NCBI GenBank assembly: GCA_963924565.1 | Contig: OZ004609.1 | Location: forward strand, 24,676,001 to 24,740,000 | Origin: Ascidiella aspersa | Taxonomy: Eukaryota | Direction of reading: 5' to 3' | DNA length: 64,000 nucleotides | The notes under the pieces: model-generated | The model's input: only the letters and a program-made list of their open reading frames with translations | What the model was told of the DNA's origin: nothing | Databases searched by the model: none | Part shown: positions 36,888 through 52,290 of the stretch, piece by piece | How the letters are laid out: each line of letters starts with the position of its first letter | How positions within the stretch are numbered: the first letter of the stretch is position 1 | Made by a program: the position numbers and the translations under genes

Positions 36888-39800
36888 ATGGAATCCACGC
36901 GTTTGCAAACCACGAGCGAGTTTGACAGCGCCACAGTGCCGCTATACATCGCGACGACGCCGGTCTATGGCATGTTCTACAGCAACGCATCCGATGGCAA
37001 CAACAGCATCTTCAATGCAAACGCAACTGATCCTGGAGTCGAGGTCCAGGGGCAGTCGCTCTCCGCAATCCTGGTGCCGATCTTTTTCGGCGTCATCTTC
37101 TGCGTAGGCATCGTAGGAAACTCGCTGGTGATCACCGTGATGCTGAAGATCTATAGATATCAGCCGCAGGGATTGAGCAACACGAACCGCTTTATTCTCA
37201 ACCTGGCCATCGCCGACCTGTTCTTTTTGGTCTTTTGCGTTCCCTTCCAAGCTCCGGTGTACAGCATGGACGCGTGGCCCTTCGGCGGCTTCATGTGCGT
37301 GTTCTGCGAGGTCTGCCAAAAGGTGGCAATGCTGGCGAGCATCTATACTCTGGTGGCGCTGTCTTTTGACAGGTAAGTCAAAACGAATGGGTCCCTATTT
37401 ATTTTTATCGTCCTTTTAGCATGTACCAGTCTCATTTGCTTTAGTAGGCTTAACAATAGTTTGCCCGAATAAGTCCACTTTACTGCACGGAGGGTGGGCG
37501 TGCGCCGTGCGTTTAGGCGAGCAGCATGCCGATAGTGCTTTGTGTAATATTACCATTTCGGTAACTATAAAGATAATAGTCTATAGTCTCCAGGAAACGA
37601 ACGGTTCGATCAAATATGACAGATTTGAAACATTAGTACCACAATATATGTTGTAGATTAATGGTTTTGTCTTGAATATTTAATTTATTTAATCTGCCTT
37701 TTATTTATGTTTTTCATTAAAACACGGATAACTTGTCTTATTGCATAGGCTGGCAAGCGAATTCCTCGAAAATCTCTCCCTATAATTTAACACCACGACA
37801 AACATATTTGTCAAATTTTCTAGCTAAACAACAAATTTTGTATCATGGTACTCAACGAACGGTCGACGAACTATAAATGATTTGCATATTGCAGTTAAAA
37901 CTTATCTACATAAAGAATAAACCATTAAACATGAAAAAATCTAAGCAGGGCCGTATGTGAATATGCTTCAAAAAGTTGGCGTTTGTCGAAGTTTCCCTTT
38001 AAATTTAAAGCCATTTTCACATGCCCAGTTTGCGGGCATGTGGTTAAGGTCACGGGTTCACCTTGTACTTAGTTCATAGGAACGACACAGCGACTGCTTA
38101 CTGACAACGCATTAATATCGCCTTTAACCTTGGATATAACAAAGCCCAGTACGCTGTATGACGAGACCGCTGCAGCCGATCTAGTCTACAAAGGGCGTCT
38201 ATCAACCCGAGTTATGTGTCGACTGCCCGACATTTTCAAACCGCAATGCGACTCGGGAATGTCCGCCTCCGTGCGTTGCAGTCGATCGCAAATCTTCATT
38301 GAGACGCGCCGCCCTTTGGTTCGAACTCCGACAACTGTGAGTTGTAACGCGCACGTAGCTTGGCAAAAGTCGTTTTGGGCTGCACCGTTCAACATATAGA
38401 GTCATGACACCGCCGAAAAATCGATAATGTCGAACTTCGACGCTCGAACCATGTAATATACTGTGGCTGAAAAATTATCACCTTTTCACGGATAACAGCT
38501 ATAGTCAGTTTTAGGTGGTATGACGTAACGCTAAATAGAGTGTCTATCAACTAAGATATTTTTGCTGAATGTGGCGCTTTTGTCATGTGGACGCTTCTAA
38601 GTGGACGCATCAGTAAACTTAAAGTACGACTGAACAAACATTCCCAACATGGTAAGAGCGATAACGTTTTGATTTTCCAAATCGCATGTGTAGGTTCGCA
38701 TTGCTACAAGCGAAAAAAAAACTTAAGCAACAAAGCTTAAATAAATGTTTCGTATAGACAAGTTATGACGCATTTGCGGCTAGGAAGCTGACTGTTTATG
38801 CTTTCGATGTCAGCTCGTTGCACCACCATTACCGAAATACTCTTTCTCCAGTAACAAAATGTCACATTGAAAGGAAGCATTCTCTTGTGCAAATAAAATT
38901 TCAAAATGCCACAATAAAAAAACGTGCGAAATATTTGAGAGGTGCGAATAATTGAGAACGATGTTGCTCTGCCCGAACGTGTTGACTTGTACGCCCATGG
39001 TTAGACCACCTATACATTAAGCCGATCGATCTCTATAAAAACTGTGGTAGGTTTTCATGACGAGGCAAAACCCAGCCGTTCCTAAGTCGGCACGCTGATT
39101 TTAACTGGAGTCACTTTTGTACCTGTATTTTAATCGAGTCCTTTGTTTGGTCCAAAGCTTAAAAACTTTGCAGTGCTTCAAAAGCTAAACTTAAAAAACA
39201 TCTATAGGAAAATAGTGAGTATAATGAAATTTCAACCTCGAGCAAAAAAATCTTGGTCGTAGTTAAAGTGTACTGTGCAAATTTTTGAACAGGGCCGGTT
39301 GAGCTACAATCAAAATTTTGAAATTTTGAACAAAAAGTCAAAACAAATTTTCTTAATTGAGTAATAAATACACAGGATAGGTTTGGGTTAGACGTAATAG
39401 GAATATTAAAACCCATATAGAGGATAGGTAAACTTATGGGAGTTTCAAAGATCTCTTTGTTTATTTTTAACATTTATTCATTTAAAAGTTTTAACAATTT
39501 CAATAAAAATGCTTAAAACCAGAACCTTCAATAAAATCTAAACATATTTTGCTTTTTAACTTTTCGGCAATTATTGAAGCCGTTAGCATTCAAAAAAATT
39601 CGACTATATTTTCGAAACCTATTAATTACGAAATACAAACACGTCCGTTCGGCAATAGCGGAACCTGCGAAATCTCGCTTGAGTGGGGCGCGTGAGCAAC
39701 GATTCGCGCGATTTGCTCGGAACACGAAGGACAAGTAAACCGACATGAGACAAGATGTGACCTGTTCATAATGTTAATACGTACGGGGCATTGATTGGAG

Positions 39801-42800
39801 CGCCTCTGCAGTCAGGCGCTATGAAATATTGATTGCAGCAACAAGCCTGCATGTCGCGGCACGCGTTGGGCCTCGCACCGACTGCCAAGTGCATTAATCA
39901 AGTTGTTATCGCTTCCGTTCCGCCATTTTTATTCAATTGCGAAAAAGCCATGCGCTTTTCGCCTATGTCGAATTTTTTCAACACGCGCCCTGGCTGCGCG
40001 ATAAATAAGTTAATATCCTCAATTATGAATTATTTAAAACTGCCACAAGTCGATTTAAGTGAATCGCATCCCACAAGTGCGCGGTACGCCATTAGATCGT
40101 GTTTGATGACCTTTCGGCTGCCTTTAACCGAGCGCTCGTTTTCTTGTAAATGCATGTGCTCATTACCTCTTCCAAATGCGTATCTAAAGTTACCACCCGT
40201 ATTTTGATCTTAACTTCATCTCAAGGTTGTCGCAAACAAATATTATAAGTCGCGATTAATCGACGGTTGAAAGCATCTCCTAGTTGACAAATCACCTTTT
40301 CAAAACAAGAAATCAGGTCGATCGGCAAGCCGAACTACTGTTTTCTGGCAAGTGATTAACGACCTTCGATTTTATCGCTAAGAAAATCTATTTGCAAACT
40401 TCGTTTCAGCAATTGACGCTTTTATCTTCAAACGAATCGCTTTAAAGTTAAAGCTAAACGATTCCCTTGCGAACATGATTCGGTGATAAAGATCCGAGAG
40501 ACGATTTTTATCCTACTGTCTATTATTTGAAGGCTTAGATAATTTTCGGGCCCCGTGCTTTATCCACAAGGGAAAACGAGTAATACCTTATCGTGGTTTT
40601 TGATCGCGGCTTTGCAAAGCCCAAGCAGGAACTTGCCATTAAAGCCGAAACCAAAGGGTCGTTTTTCAAAATCCACAAGATTAACTTCGTTTTAAAAAAC
40701 TCGTATTTTTTTGGTTGGTTCTTAAATGAAAGCCAGTGATAGTCTTTAGAAAAAGATTTTCATGACTTCTCTTACAAATCTCAGATTACTCTAAGAGCAT
40801 TTCTCAGTATGAGACCTAATTATAAATATTTGATGTTGCGCGGTTTTTGTTGGCGATAATCAGGTTATGCTACATGGATCAAAACCACGAAATGGTGGCC
40901 ACAAAACTGTGTTAAACAGATCTTTTGATTTAAATCTTTGCTGTAAGCAAGTTACAGCTGTATTATTCGTAATGGCTTCTCAATCGCACGTTTTTATACA
41001 TGAGAAGTTTACACATATCCATACTTTACCAACTATTGCTGCCACACGACTTGTAAATCTGTCCAAGAGCACTAAATTGCATAGCACGGAAGATGGCTTC
41101 ACTTTGGAAGAAAGCCTATTGGCCGTGCAATTGCATGAATGTTTTATTCGACATTTTTTAAGGTGTTTTGGGGGATCAAAACGGTCCCCCAAATTTCTCC
41201 AGCGGTTTCCCAAATTTTGGACTTGCAACTTTTTGGTATTTAAATGAAACACTTGCGGTCTCTTAAAAGTACTTAGCGGCCACCCAAACCAAACCTTAAA
41301 AAAACCCTGTACATGAGTATGCCAATTTGCGTCCCAATGTATAACGGCTTGGCTTCAGTATTCTTCTTGGTCCTGAAAGGTTCTTCGCTGTCGTTTACGC
41401 CACATCCGCCAAGCAACTGCGAACAAGGGCAAACGCAACGAGGGGACTCGTCTTCATCTGGGTAATCTCAGTGGGAATCGGCATTATGGCGGTAGTCACA
41501 CGGGTCGAGGTAACTATAATAGTGTTTGTAGCTTTAATATCGACATAATGTGGAACTACTCACTGAACGAATCCCAGCTTCAAGAATTTTTTTCGGTTAT
41601 TGCCGCTCTCGGCAGAAAATTTCCGACATTGGAAAAACGAAGAGAACGGTATTCTCATATACGTACTTGGACAAAGGTCAATGCCTTTGTTACCGCAAAA
41701 ACACAATGGGGTTAATTGTTTTTCAAAAAATCGGGTAAATAACCGCAGGTATACACAGTGATGTTAAATCTTCTGTCATGTTTACTCTGCGGGATCAACC
41801 ATATTCCAATCGATTCGCGATTTTACACACCAATACAACTCTTTTTATATATTTTGACCTTATTGGGTAGATCCATATATATGAATAGGCCAGTTTTGAA
41901 ATGTTTGCCAACCGAACACCTTTAACAAACACACTGTGCTTTTAGGAATGAATTCATTTAAATTTATGTTCACCCTTGAGAAAAAACGGAATTGTCTTAT
42001 TGAGCGAACGTTGAACTTTCTTAATTATATAACACCTTTCTACTTTTTCTGACCCAATTCAATTGTTTCTTTTATTGCACACCCACGCCCAACTTAAGCT
42101 CGGCGAATTCAAATTAAAAAGTAACCTGATGAAGATTAAACTAAGTTTAGGCCTACAGCCGAAAAATCAGTTTGTTTGCGGATATTAAACGATAAATATA
42201 TTTCTCTCCTAAAAGCATTATAAGTATCTTAACTGGAATGAATATTAAATACTGATAATTAAAATGCTTTTTGAAGCGAAATAAATTTATTATATAACAT
42301 CCAAACAAACTGAGTTACGGTTTAATAAGTTATGTACTTAGTTTTTGGTATTCGAAAGAAATTAATGATTATTTACCTGATAAGTCTTGATATTTAAGTT
42401 AAAATGCCTGCAGGACCTCGATGAGAGTTTGGTTTCGAGAGGTTTCAAGTGATGAATTTTATTAAGTAAGTGATAAATCATAATTGAGTTTATAAAAACA
42501 TAATTGAGATTTATAGGATTTCTTGCACTAGGTTTTGTATTGTGTGAGTTTATTTTCACACCATTCAAAACGTTCTCAATGAAACACATAACTCCATTTC
42601 AGTAATAATTTGTATTGATTCCAAGCGTCGCGAGGCAAACTTCCATTACTGTGCCCAGTCGTTAATTTAACCACACTTCGCGCCCATTCAACTGTGATGA
42701 TTTAAATAGCGATTCGGAAAAAATCCCATTTATTCTGCTTGGCCTTATTATCGTAACGCAAATTGCGACCAATCGACTTCAAGAACATTCCAGAAGATGA

Positions 42801-45800
42801 ACTTAATTTAACCGTGCGCCTCATATGTTTGGAGCCGATGCCAGATGCCAAGTGAAAGTATCGGTACTCGTCCGATACTAAGGCGGTATCGATACCGATC
42901 CGATACCAAATTAATCTAATAATTTCAGCAATAATTTGCAATCGTAACGATTTATACAGTGAAGTAAATCAATTAAAAAATATTGGACCAACAACTAAAG
43001 TTAACTTAACTTCTTAACGCTAAATCAAATTGTGATCCTAATAAGCAGTATAGAAAGTATCCTTTAATTTTTCAATTTCATTTATTTTTCTTATTCGAGA
43101 ATAATAAAAACGCCAAGTAATATCGCTGGCGATACTTTTTGTCTAAAGTTTAGGGTATCGGTATCAGAATTGTCAAGTGTCGGACATACCTAGTTTTGAC
43201 CGTTAGTCCTTGCACACGAAAATTAGGACCAAAAAATGTAACGAGCTGTACAATTAACGAGAATGTAAAAAATGATGCAGCGTATTGTGTTATTCTTTAT
43301 ACTTTAAACTTTTTCTGTTGGCTGCATTTGCAGACGGTTTGGAACAACAAAAAGTGCTAACGCGTTGTCCCTTCACTGGTTTAAATAGCATTTTTTGTGG
43401 AAACGCAAACATAGTACACTTATCGGTTTGCAGTACCACCATTCTTGCTGGGCAAAACAAATTTTGACACATTAGCAAGTCATGAACGCACTACAACATA
43501 CGTCATCCCACTTTAGCATTTTGCTATCTTGTGTCGCAGCGGCAAATATTTGCGTAAGATATCGCGCAGCTTACAAAACCAACACTGTTGGAATCTTATA
43601 ACTCGTATAACTAACAGCTAAAGGTGATTATCGATGTGTATATTTACAGAAAAATATTACCGTTACGTGACTATGTTAGCTAAACCAAGTCGTTCAACTA
43701 AGGGCAAAATATAACTATAAGCTTGGCGAATGAACTTCCGATAAGGGCGATGCATTTAACGCGTTTCTCGTGATTCTGCTATTAAAATATTTTCCCATAT
43801 TATGCAGTGCGTATCGATTGGTGACATTTGGACTCGTGACTAAAATAACGGCACATTGAGCGAGACACTTTGTCGATACGACGACCTTCCACCTTAATCA
43901 CGGTTCAGTTAGCTTTAATTGGAACGAACAGCACGTTTAGGTCACCTTCCGATGACGCCAATTTTCGACCAACAGCAATAAATGAAAGCGAAGGGTCATG
44001 TTGACTATTAGAGAGAACCTGGCGAAAATATGTCCGAAGATTATTCCAAAAACAAATCGACTTGCACTACGCAAAAAAGGTTTCGTGTCTTAAATTGAAA
44101 AATATTCAACTCAAGCAACTTTTTTATATCATTTTTATAAAAGTAAAAACTAGGGCAATTTAGAATAAAACAAGGACGATAGTAAAAGTATAGGGTCTAT
44201 ATAACGTGTTGACTTTCCATGCTTAATATTGGTACAAAATATTCAAAACATATGCACTATACGTTAGATTTTTCGCGTGACATTGAAAAATTTACTTAAC
44301 GTTGCGTTTGTGTATGTTATAAAGCACAAAACTGCCGGAAATTCTTTTTGTTAATTATTACGCATTTTTCCCCGAAGTTCGAGTACGAAGGCCTGACGCT
44401 GTGCGTGATCAACTGGAACATGTACCAGTGGTATCGCTGGTATCAGCTTTCCATATTTCTGCTGGGCTACGTGCTGCCCTTGCTCGTCATCCTCAGCTGT
44501 TACGTGGGCGTCCTGTGCGCCATGTGCCGCAACGCCAAGTCGAACAGCGCCATCATGCGGAACAAGAGCGCCAGGGGATCACGGAAGAGAGTTACCAAGA
44601 TCGTTGTCATGGTGGTGGGTTATTCTCGCTGGACAGTCGATTTTTGATAGCATATAATGCGAGTATTTCCATATAGTTGACCTACATTTGGGGTACAGCA
44701 ATTAATGCTCGCTTTGTACCACCCCTAAGGTTACTGCGCCCTTGAAACATATAAACAGAGGCTAATAGGAGTTTTAGGTATCAATAAAGAGGGGAAGTAA
44801 ATTACAGCTCAGATGACGACTGTTTCTATCATTTCTACTTGGTCCCTTTTAAAATAAACTATCTTTAAAAAAAAAAAAAAAAATTTTAAAATGAAATTAT
44901 TTACTATATTTTTTATAAATTACTGATTAAATATAAATTACTGATTAAATGCATATAAATGACTGATTAAATGTAATATAAAACACAAAATTGTTATGGC
45001 ATTAGCGTTTAATTGTCTCCCTTTTACCCAGAAATACTAGATCACCCGAGAACTTATGCAACACACTGACGAGGGCAATAAAAGAGTCATTTTTTGCCGA
45101 ACTAAAATAGGCAATAGCAATTCATTTTTTATTCATTTGTCTTGAGTTCGACTAGCTTACCTGGGCTCAATTGCATTTCGCAATATTAGAATCCGACCAC
45201 CTATAGATCGATCGATCGGGCTCTTAAAGGCTGAATAAAGAATGAGGGCCGCGGTTTTGAGCTCGCTCGCCGCATTCAAATTCAAGTTATCGTTTGGACT
45301 ATACCAAGGTGCCAACCTCGCGTCTGAAGTAAAATGTCAAAAACCAAACTTCGCCGCATTTCGGTGCGCCCGCCCCTTCCTAGCGCCGCTCCTGGTGCAT
45401 TATTAATACCGTTTTACTTCTGCCGCGGCGTTAAGGGCTGACGAATCGAACCGCTCGACCCTTGACTAATAAATTCGCCGACTTTTCGTGCATTTTAATC
45501 AAACAACTGATAATCTTCAAGGCAACGGCGGACGGGTTTTGACAACGCAAGGATTGTCTCTATAATGCTTTACCTGGTCACATATTTCTGGAACAAAATA
45601 CCTAAATTCTATACATATTAGTTTCATACTAAATGAAATTATATTAAATTGTGTTTTTTATTAACAGAAAAGATTTTAAACAAAGCTTTGAAAACAGATT
45701 CAGCTCACGTCGAGCAATTTGCAACATAACGTAATTTCCAGTGAAATAAAACTCATACAATAAAAACCTTAAAATTCATTTGATTTACGCATAAGTTTTG

Positions 45801-46584
45801 CCCTTTGATATTCCTATTACGATTACATAAACTTCTGTTAATTTTAATAGCTGTTCCATAAACCTTTGTTATTTTTAAATAGCTGTTTTCATTTTTGCTT
45901 CGAAAACAGGTGATCGTGTTTGCGATCGACTGGTTCCCGCACCACCTCACCACGCTCTGGCAAACCTTCGGCAACTTTCCGTTCACTTCGGCCACGTTTG
46001 TGCTCAAGATGTTGGCGCACTGCTTGTCGTACGCCAACTCGTGCGTGAACCCGCTCGTCTACGCCTTTGTGTCACAACGCTTCCGCAGCGACTTCAAGCG
46101 CGCCTTCACCTGCCGTGACCTAACCGACGCCGTGCTGAGCATGAAGGCGTACAGCCGGCGCATGGTGCGCTCGCTTAGCGTGCACCTGCGCACCAGCAGA
46201 GCCAGTAGTCAAACGCAAGCGGGTGAAACAGTGCAACACGAGGTGCTCCAGCCCCGACCCCCTACCATCAACTCGTCGTCCACAGCCAGGGAGTACGCCA
46301 ACAGTGATCGGGTGCGCTACGGCCGCGGAAGCGACCCAGTGACCTCGGTAATTGTGCTCACTCCAACTCTGACCAATAAAAGCCAGTCGAAGACCTTTGC
46401 CGCCGACTTAGAAACGGAAGACTCGCCCAGCGGCGACGTCATTCTGGCGCCGATCCACGACAACGAAGACGAATACGTCGATGACTTTCAACAACGTCTG
46501 TCTCTGGTGGATTTCGACGAAGAGGCTGACGGCCTGATGGAAGACGCCAGCGACAGGGAACCGAACGCCGTCTCGTGCGTGTGA
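36888..46584 (+). CDS. Galanin-receptor-like class A GPCR, paralog 1 (508 aa)
   Basis: Exons 36888-37372, 41380-41509, 44378-44614, 45910-46584. Motifs GIVGNSLV, FILNLAIADL, CVPFQA, DRF, WFPHH (the galanin-receptor TM6 His pair) and LAHCLSYANSCVNPLVYAF; N-terminal N-glycosylation sequons. Confidence 0.9.
42830..43195. repeat. Dispersed repeat family (GTATCGGTACTCGTCCGA...CCGATCCGATA); other copies at about 14848-15066 and 33680-33770
   Basis: A near-identical ~58-bp core is shared between 14898-14955 and 42858-42915. Confidence 0.7.
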
Positions 46585-49500
46585 ATTCCGCTGCACGTTT
46601 GTGCGATTTCGAGATTAGCAAACAAACCCCGTTATACTCAATTGCCGTGTTTGGAACATCTCTCCATGGCGCTTTGCTATAGGCAGAAGCTGGAGAACGT
46701 TATCTTTGCCATTTGCTTAAAGTTAAAACGACACTTTACTATTGTTAAACTTTCAAGAATGTTGGATATACAACCATGTTCGGACTATAGGTGCTGGAGG
46801 AACCAATGTACATATATCTATGTTGTCTTGGGTATTTCAGTTGAAAGGGCCTCGTGCACTAATATATATATTATTCTCATTGCTTGTTTTGTAGACCTTA
46901 GACCACAATGTGTCGTTGTCGTTTTCACGTTCCGATCAAATTTATCAGATTGTTTACAATTGTATATTGTATATGAACCATTTTCCGATAAAAACAATAC
47001 AAAACCCTTTTTAAAACCATCAGTGTATAGTGGTCTATCACGGTTTGCCAACCAACATAAAAAAATAAATTTTCTGTAGTTGTGTTTTTAGAATTATACA
47101 TTGAAATATAGGAGACTTTAAATTACAAATGTGACTAATTGTCATTTGAAATACCAGGACCGATAAGTTTGCTATTTGAGTCTTGCAGAGTTACAATTAT
47201 GTCGATTAAATGTTATGTGAAAATACGAAATAGATAATTATACTGTTGCTGCCAGGCAGTCTATCAACTAAAATGGTTCTCCTAAAAATACTTAAATGGT
47301 TCTCCTAAAAAACACTTGTATTAGGCCCATGAATGAAGACATTTTGATTACATATTCGTGTATTTATTCTTCAGAGCAAAATGGCAACTTAGCAGCAATG
47401 ATATATAAACAGCCAATACAGTTGTTGTTGTTGGTAACTATTTTGTCATGTTTAACCTCGTATTAAAACGCAACCTATATAGCCATGGTTCAGTCATATC
47501 CTCCTGTTCGCAAGATGTTTCATCTACGTAGAAGTCTTAGTCTGATTCCACTCAGGTCCGTAGAATAACAAAATAGTTCAGTGGAAGTTCTACGTATAGT
47601 GCATTCCAAAGTCTTGGCCGGTATAGTCGTATAGTTTTAAAATGCACTGTTGGCAGACAATTTCTATTTTAAACAAGCGAAGTAAGGGCACAGCGTGAAC
47701 AGCGATAATAATATAAGTTAAGCTTTTAAGAAACTAGGTAAAGTTTAACCGAGTTAAGACGAGGCGTATACACTAAAACAGATCGACCGAAATATCTGGA
47801 TGTAGCCGACAGCAGACGTTTGAGTATTTACTTGTGGTCTATTCTATCTTAAAAAATAAAGAAGTATTTTTGGCTCATATGAAAAAATAAAGAAGTATTT
47901 TGGCTCATATGACCAGGGGAAACGTACACTTACTCTTTCTTGCTCTATTGTGTTATTATCAATCGATTAGCGACCTCTTTTCTAAAGCGTGACCAATGTT
48001 CCAAATTATATTTTCTTACAATATACGTCATACTCCAACTGTAAGATTTGCAATCTGAAGGATTATACATATTGCAATATAACGCGTATTGCATGAATGT
48101 CTGTCCCCATTTGTAAAATGACGCCAGTTAATTTGAATTAAACTGTTATTCAATTTAATTAGATCACTACAATTGTTTTTCGAAAATATGAAGCAATAAG
48201 TAGACTAAGGTAATATGCTCTTAAATGTTTGTCAAACTTGATATAAGCGTGGTCAAACGTCAAAGGCGATTGGCATCCTTTAAAAAACCAATTTAAATCT
48301 CTAAATGAACCAAAACATGATCCAATTTGTATTTTTTTTTTGCCAAAATATGTTTTGCAAGAACAAAATTCCATTCCATATACTAAGCTAAAGATTTTAT
48401 AAACCTTTTCTGGTTTACCAATACCCATGAGTTGTAAAATATTATCCGGAACCTCCGGTAAGTTAACACAAAGCAGAATGATAATATCGTAACAAAAATT
48501 TAGTCCCCAAATGAAAAAAAACAACTCAATTCTTACACGCCTTGTTAAGGACTTAAAAACTCAAATGTCAACAAGGTAACCTACAAATGAACCCTGGAGG
48601 TCCGCCAACTCCACAGCTTTACTATCACTGCACTTAGGAAAATGGCAAATGCGCTTGATCCTCAAAATATGATAACATAAAAAATATTATAGCTCCAAAA
48701 ATGATATCACATTAATATAGGTGAAAACATTTAAATATGTTGTGTGTACAAAGATAACCAGACTCATTTTTTTCCACTTTTTTATACGATTTCGTTTGCA
48801 GTAAACTGTTTATTTTTTGTGACCACGACAAAGGCGTCCCCTCCCAAAGAAACACCGCGATTTAGGATGCTAAAAAATACGAATGAATTATTAATTTAGG
48901 CCATCACTACGTTAGGTTAACTGTTACAAGTGCGACCGAGGGTTGTCAAGTTTATCTCTCCAATCTCAATTTAAAATGCAGCAACGTAGTTAGTATAGCT
49001 GGATTACAAAGTCTCGACAAAAGGGCCAACCTCCTTTACCGCGCCATGTTGTTGTACGATTGGACGAAACAAGGAACCAAGCACGTTTTTCAATAAACAC
49101 ATCATACAAACTGTTTAAAGATGTATTTTTTTTCACCACAATCTCTCTGATGTGGATAACACACGTGTGCTTATTGTGTATAGAAAACATCGCAATGTTA
49201 TTTCCTGCGGTAAAACCACCACAGCGAGTTTCAGGCGTCGATCAGGTCAAAATATTTGTTTTACCACAAACAGTGGGCCAACTATTATCATTATATATAG
49301 GAAGGCGTATTGGTTTTTACCAACGCTGCTTCGTAAAAAGTATAAAAATAGGAAAAGGAAAAATCGGCGCGAGGGCGAAATGTCAAAGCAGTCGACATTT
49401 AATGCATTGAAAAATGCGAAATCGGATGAGATTTTCATCGATTTACCTCCAATCAACATCAGCCCCGTGTCCGACGAGGTTGCCATTTAAGCCATCTGCG

Positions 49501-52290
49501 TCTTTTCGCTGTCGGAGCGGTGACACAGTTGGACGAGTCGGCACACCGCGGTCCCGGGCAAACTTAATTGGACTGCCCACAGACCGAGTTTCCCTGGCTT
49601 TCCGCGGGTCGATCGGCTCGATTTGGACACAATGCAAGAATCGATTCATATCAATTCGCCTTCTTATTTAACTCCCTAAATAAAACTGGAGGATCGAAAG
49701 TATAGAGAGGGTCGTTAAGCGGCAACTCACCTAAGCGCTTACTGTACAGCGATAACACCATCTGTTAATCGAGTTGTGATTTTGTTAAGGCTCGCTTTAG
49801 ATTAAGGTTCAATAAGTTGTGTTTTATATCCTCGGCGTACAACATAAACGCTTAGCTATTGTACTTTAAGAGTCTAAACAGAATTAAATCAACTTCTTCA
49901 TGGCGTTAACAGACACTTAGTTTTAGGTTTTAAATACCCGTACTTAACCTTTAGAGAGACAAAAACATATCCATTTAAATCTAAAAACTCATTCGGTCTG
50001 TAACCGATGCCAATTCATTCATTAAAGTGTCACCTGTCTAGGGAACTTTATCCCAAGACGCATATTATCTCAACAATACAAAGATTGGGTGGCTGTTGCG
50101 TGATTACTTTAATTTCAAAAGTGTGCGTGTTGGGTTGGATCCCTTGCCATGTCCTTAATAACAACCCCGGTTAAATAAAGAACTTGTAAGTATTTTCCCG
50201 GCAAACAAATAGGTGCAAGCGCCACTATTTTTAGACTCTTAGCAAATATCCACAATCGAGCTTGGATAAAATTGTATTTTTTGCTGGTTTTAGGCTATAC
50301 ATAGCTGGTTTTGAATTGATCTGCTATTTATGGTGCGCACCTGAATCAATTCATTGTTTTTTATCACAACGTTCTGATATTTTAACAAACAAGGTTAAAG
50401 GCTAGAACAATTGCATATTTTGCACAGGCAGCTGGCGCAGCTGAACACACTGCCACTGCATATCGCTTGTTCGAATTACCTTTAATGGAGAATTTCCAAG
50501 TACAAAGAAGTCTGATTTGCGTATTTGTATGGCAATAGAGTCAGGATTTATGGACTGTTGCCCCTTAGTTGCATTTTTGTTCCAACAAAACAAATTTACC
50601 ATAAACTAAATGCTATTTACAGATTATATCCGATATAGTGCAATTTGTGGAAAATTTACTTGTCACCAGTTTCAAGAAGTATGAATATCATAACTGCGCA
50701 GTGCTGTTGCGTGGAAATTGAAAAACGGCGATAATGCTAACAACATGTTTCGTGCTGTCCTATTGATTGAAATGTTGGCTTACATCGGCTGTCTACAGGA
50801 AAACACAAAATCGACAAACCAAAAGGCTTCGATCAGTTGACTCACATCGCAAATACTCACAACATCCTCATATAGCCTATTACACGAAATCAACAACGGG
50901 TTTTTGGTGGTGCTTTGAGAAAGGGGAGTTTGGCAAATACCTGACGCTTTTTTTTGTTTTGCCATTATACTTCTTGATTATTAATAAAATATTAAGGACG
51001 CAGAATCGGCTAGAAAAACATATACCCATGTCTGCACCGCTATTTTCTCACAGCTGATAGGTATTTCGGGGTTGTGCGTCATTCGTAGAAACGCAAAGCA
51101 AATACATAATACGGCCCTTTATCTAGGTGGAGTTGAACATGCGATAACAACATCTTGACCTTGTGTTGATGTTTATCTGGGCGTCGCAATATCCGTATCC
51201 ACACACTGTGGGAACGCAGCGGGACCGCATTGCGTTGTTGAGCGATTTTTGACAAAATGAAAAACTGATCGGATCCATAGCAAGATCTATACAAGTGTTG
51301 ATACGATCACTTTTGACCGTTTTTATTATAATAGCGCAGGTATCTAGCATCAGTATATCGGTTAGGGAACCTGAAAGCTTCGGGATATCTGATAAATTTA
51401 AGTTTAAAATGTAAAAACATATAAAATACTATAGGATTTTTGCTTGTTCACTAAAAACGTCATAGAAACAGTAGCAAAAAACTTGTCGAAAAAAACGAAC
51501 GAACGAAAGACAATTTTATTTAAAGTGTTTGTTTTGATGAAAAAACATAGCAATGTTTAATTGGGCTTAGGATGAGTAAAGCAACGATTGCTTATTTGGC
51601 AGAACAAAAAAATTACATATTTGGAGGGTCCGATGAAAGTCATTAAGCCTGTCACATCTTTATGCACTGAACAACAAATGCTTTCCCATAATAAAAATAT
51701 AACAAAGAACATTTGTGAACAATGTCAAAAAATAAAACGCGGGGAGTCGATAGGCCTATTGAAGTGGCGAAGAAATCCCCCGTCGGATGGCAGTCGCGCA
51801 TATCCTGTGGGCAAAATTTATGGCGAGAAATAAACAAAAATGTTATGCTGCACAAATGCTGCGATTCGTATAAAACTTAACTTTTTAATGTACTGTCTTT
51901 AAAAACCAAGACATACATTCAAAATTGGCCGGCTTGTGTTGAGGTAATTCTGCCCAAGATTGGCATATAATGCGAAAAAACGTTAGAAAAGAAAATCCAA
52001 TTAGTATGATCCTTTATATTACGAAAAGAGATTGAGGTCAGCATTTTGATTCAGTTTAAGAGGGCTAGTTTAAAACAACGAGGGGAAATGAACAACAGAC
52101 CAAGAAAAGAGTTGGGTATAGAACTGTATTTCCAAGATCTCTTCCATCATGGTCAAGCCAACGCCTGGTTGAGGAGATAGATTTGTTTACACGTCAACTG
52201 CATACACCGTGTTTTTGCCCGGTTTGCGGTGCCCGGTGCAACCGCCCCGGAGGTGGCGTGAGGCGCGAATTTACATTGCTTGTCACTTCC

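Noticed and set aside
49380-49490. Peptide SDEIFIDLPP...SDE resembling a piggyBac transposase N-terminus
   Set aside because: Too short, no downstream DDD domain and no TTAA-flanked TIR pair identified.
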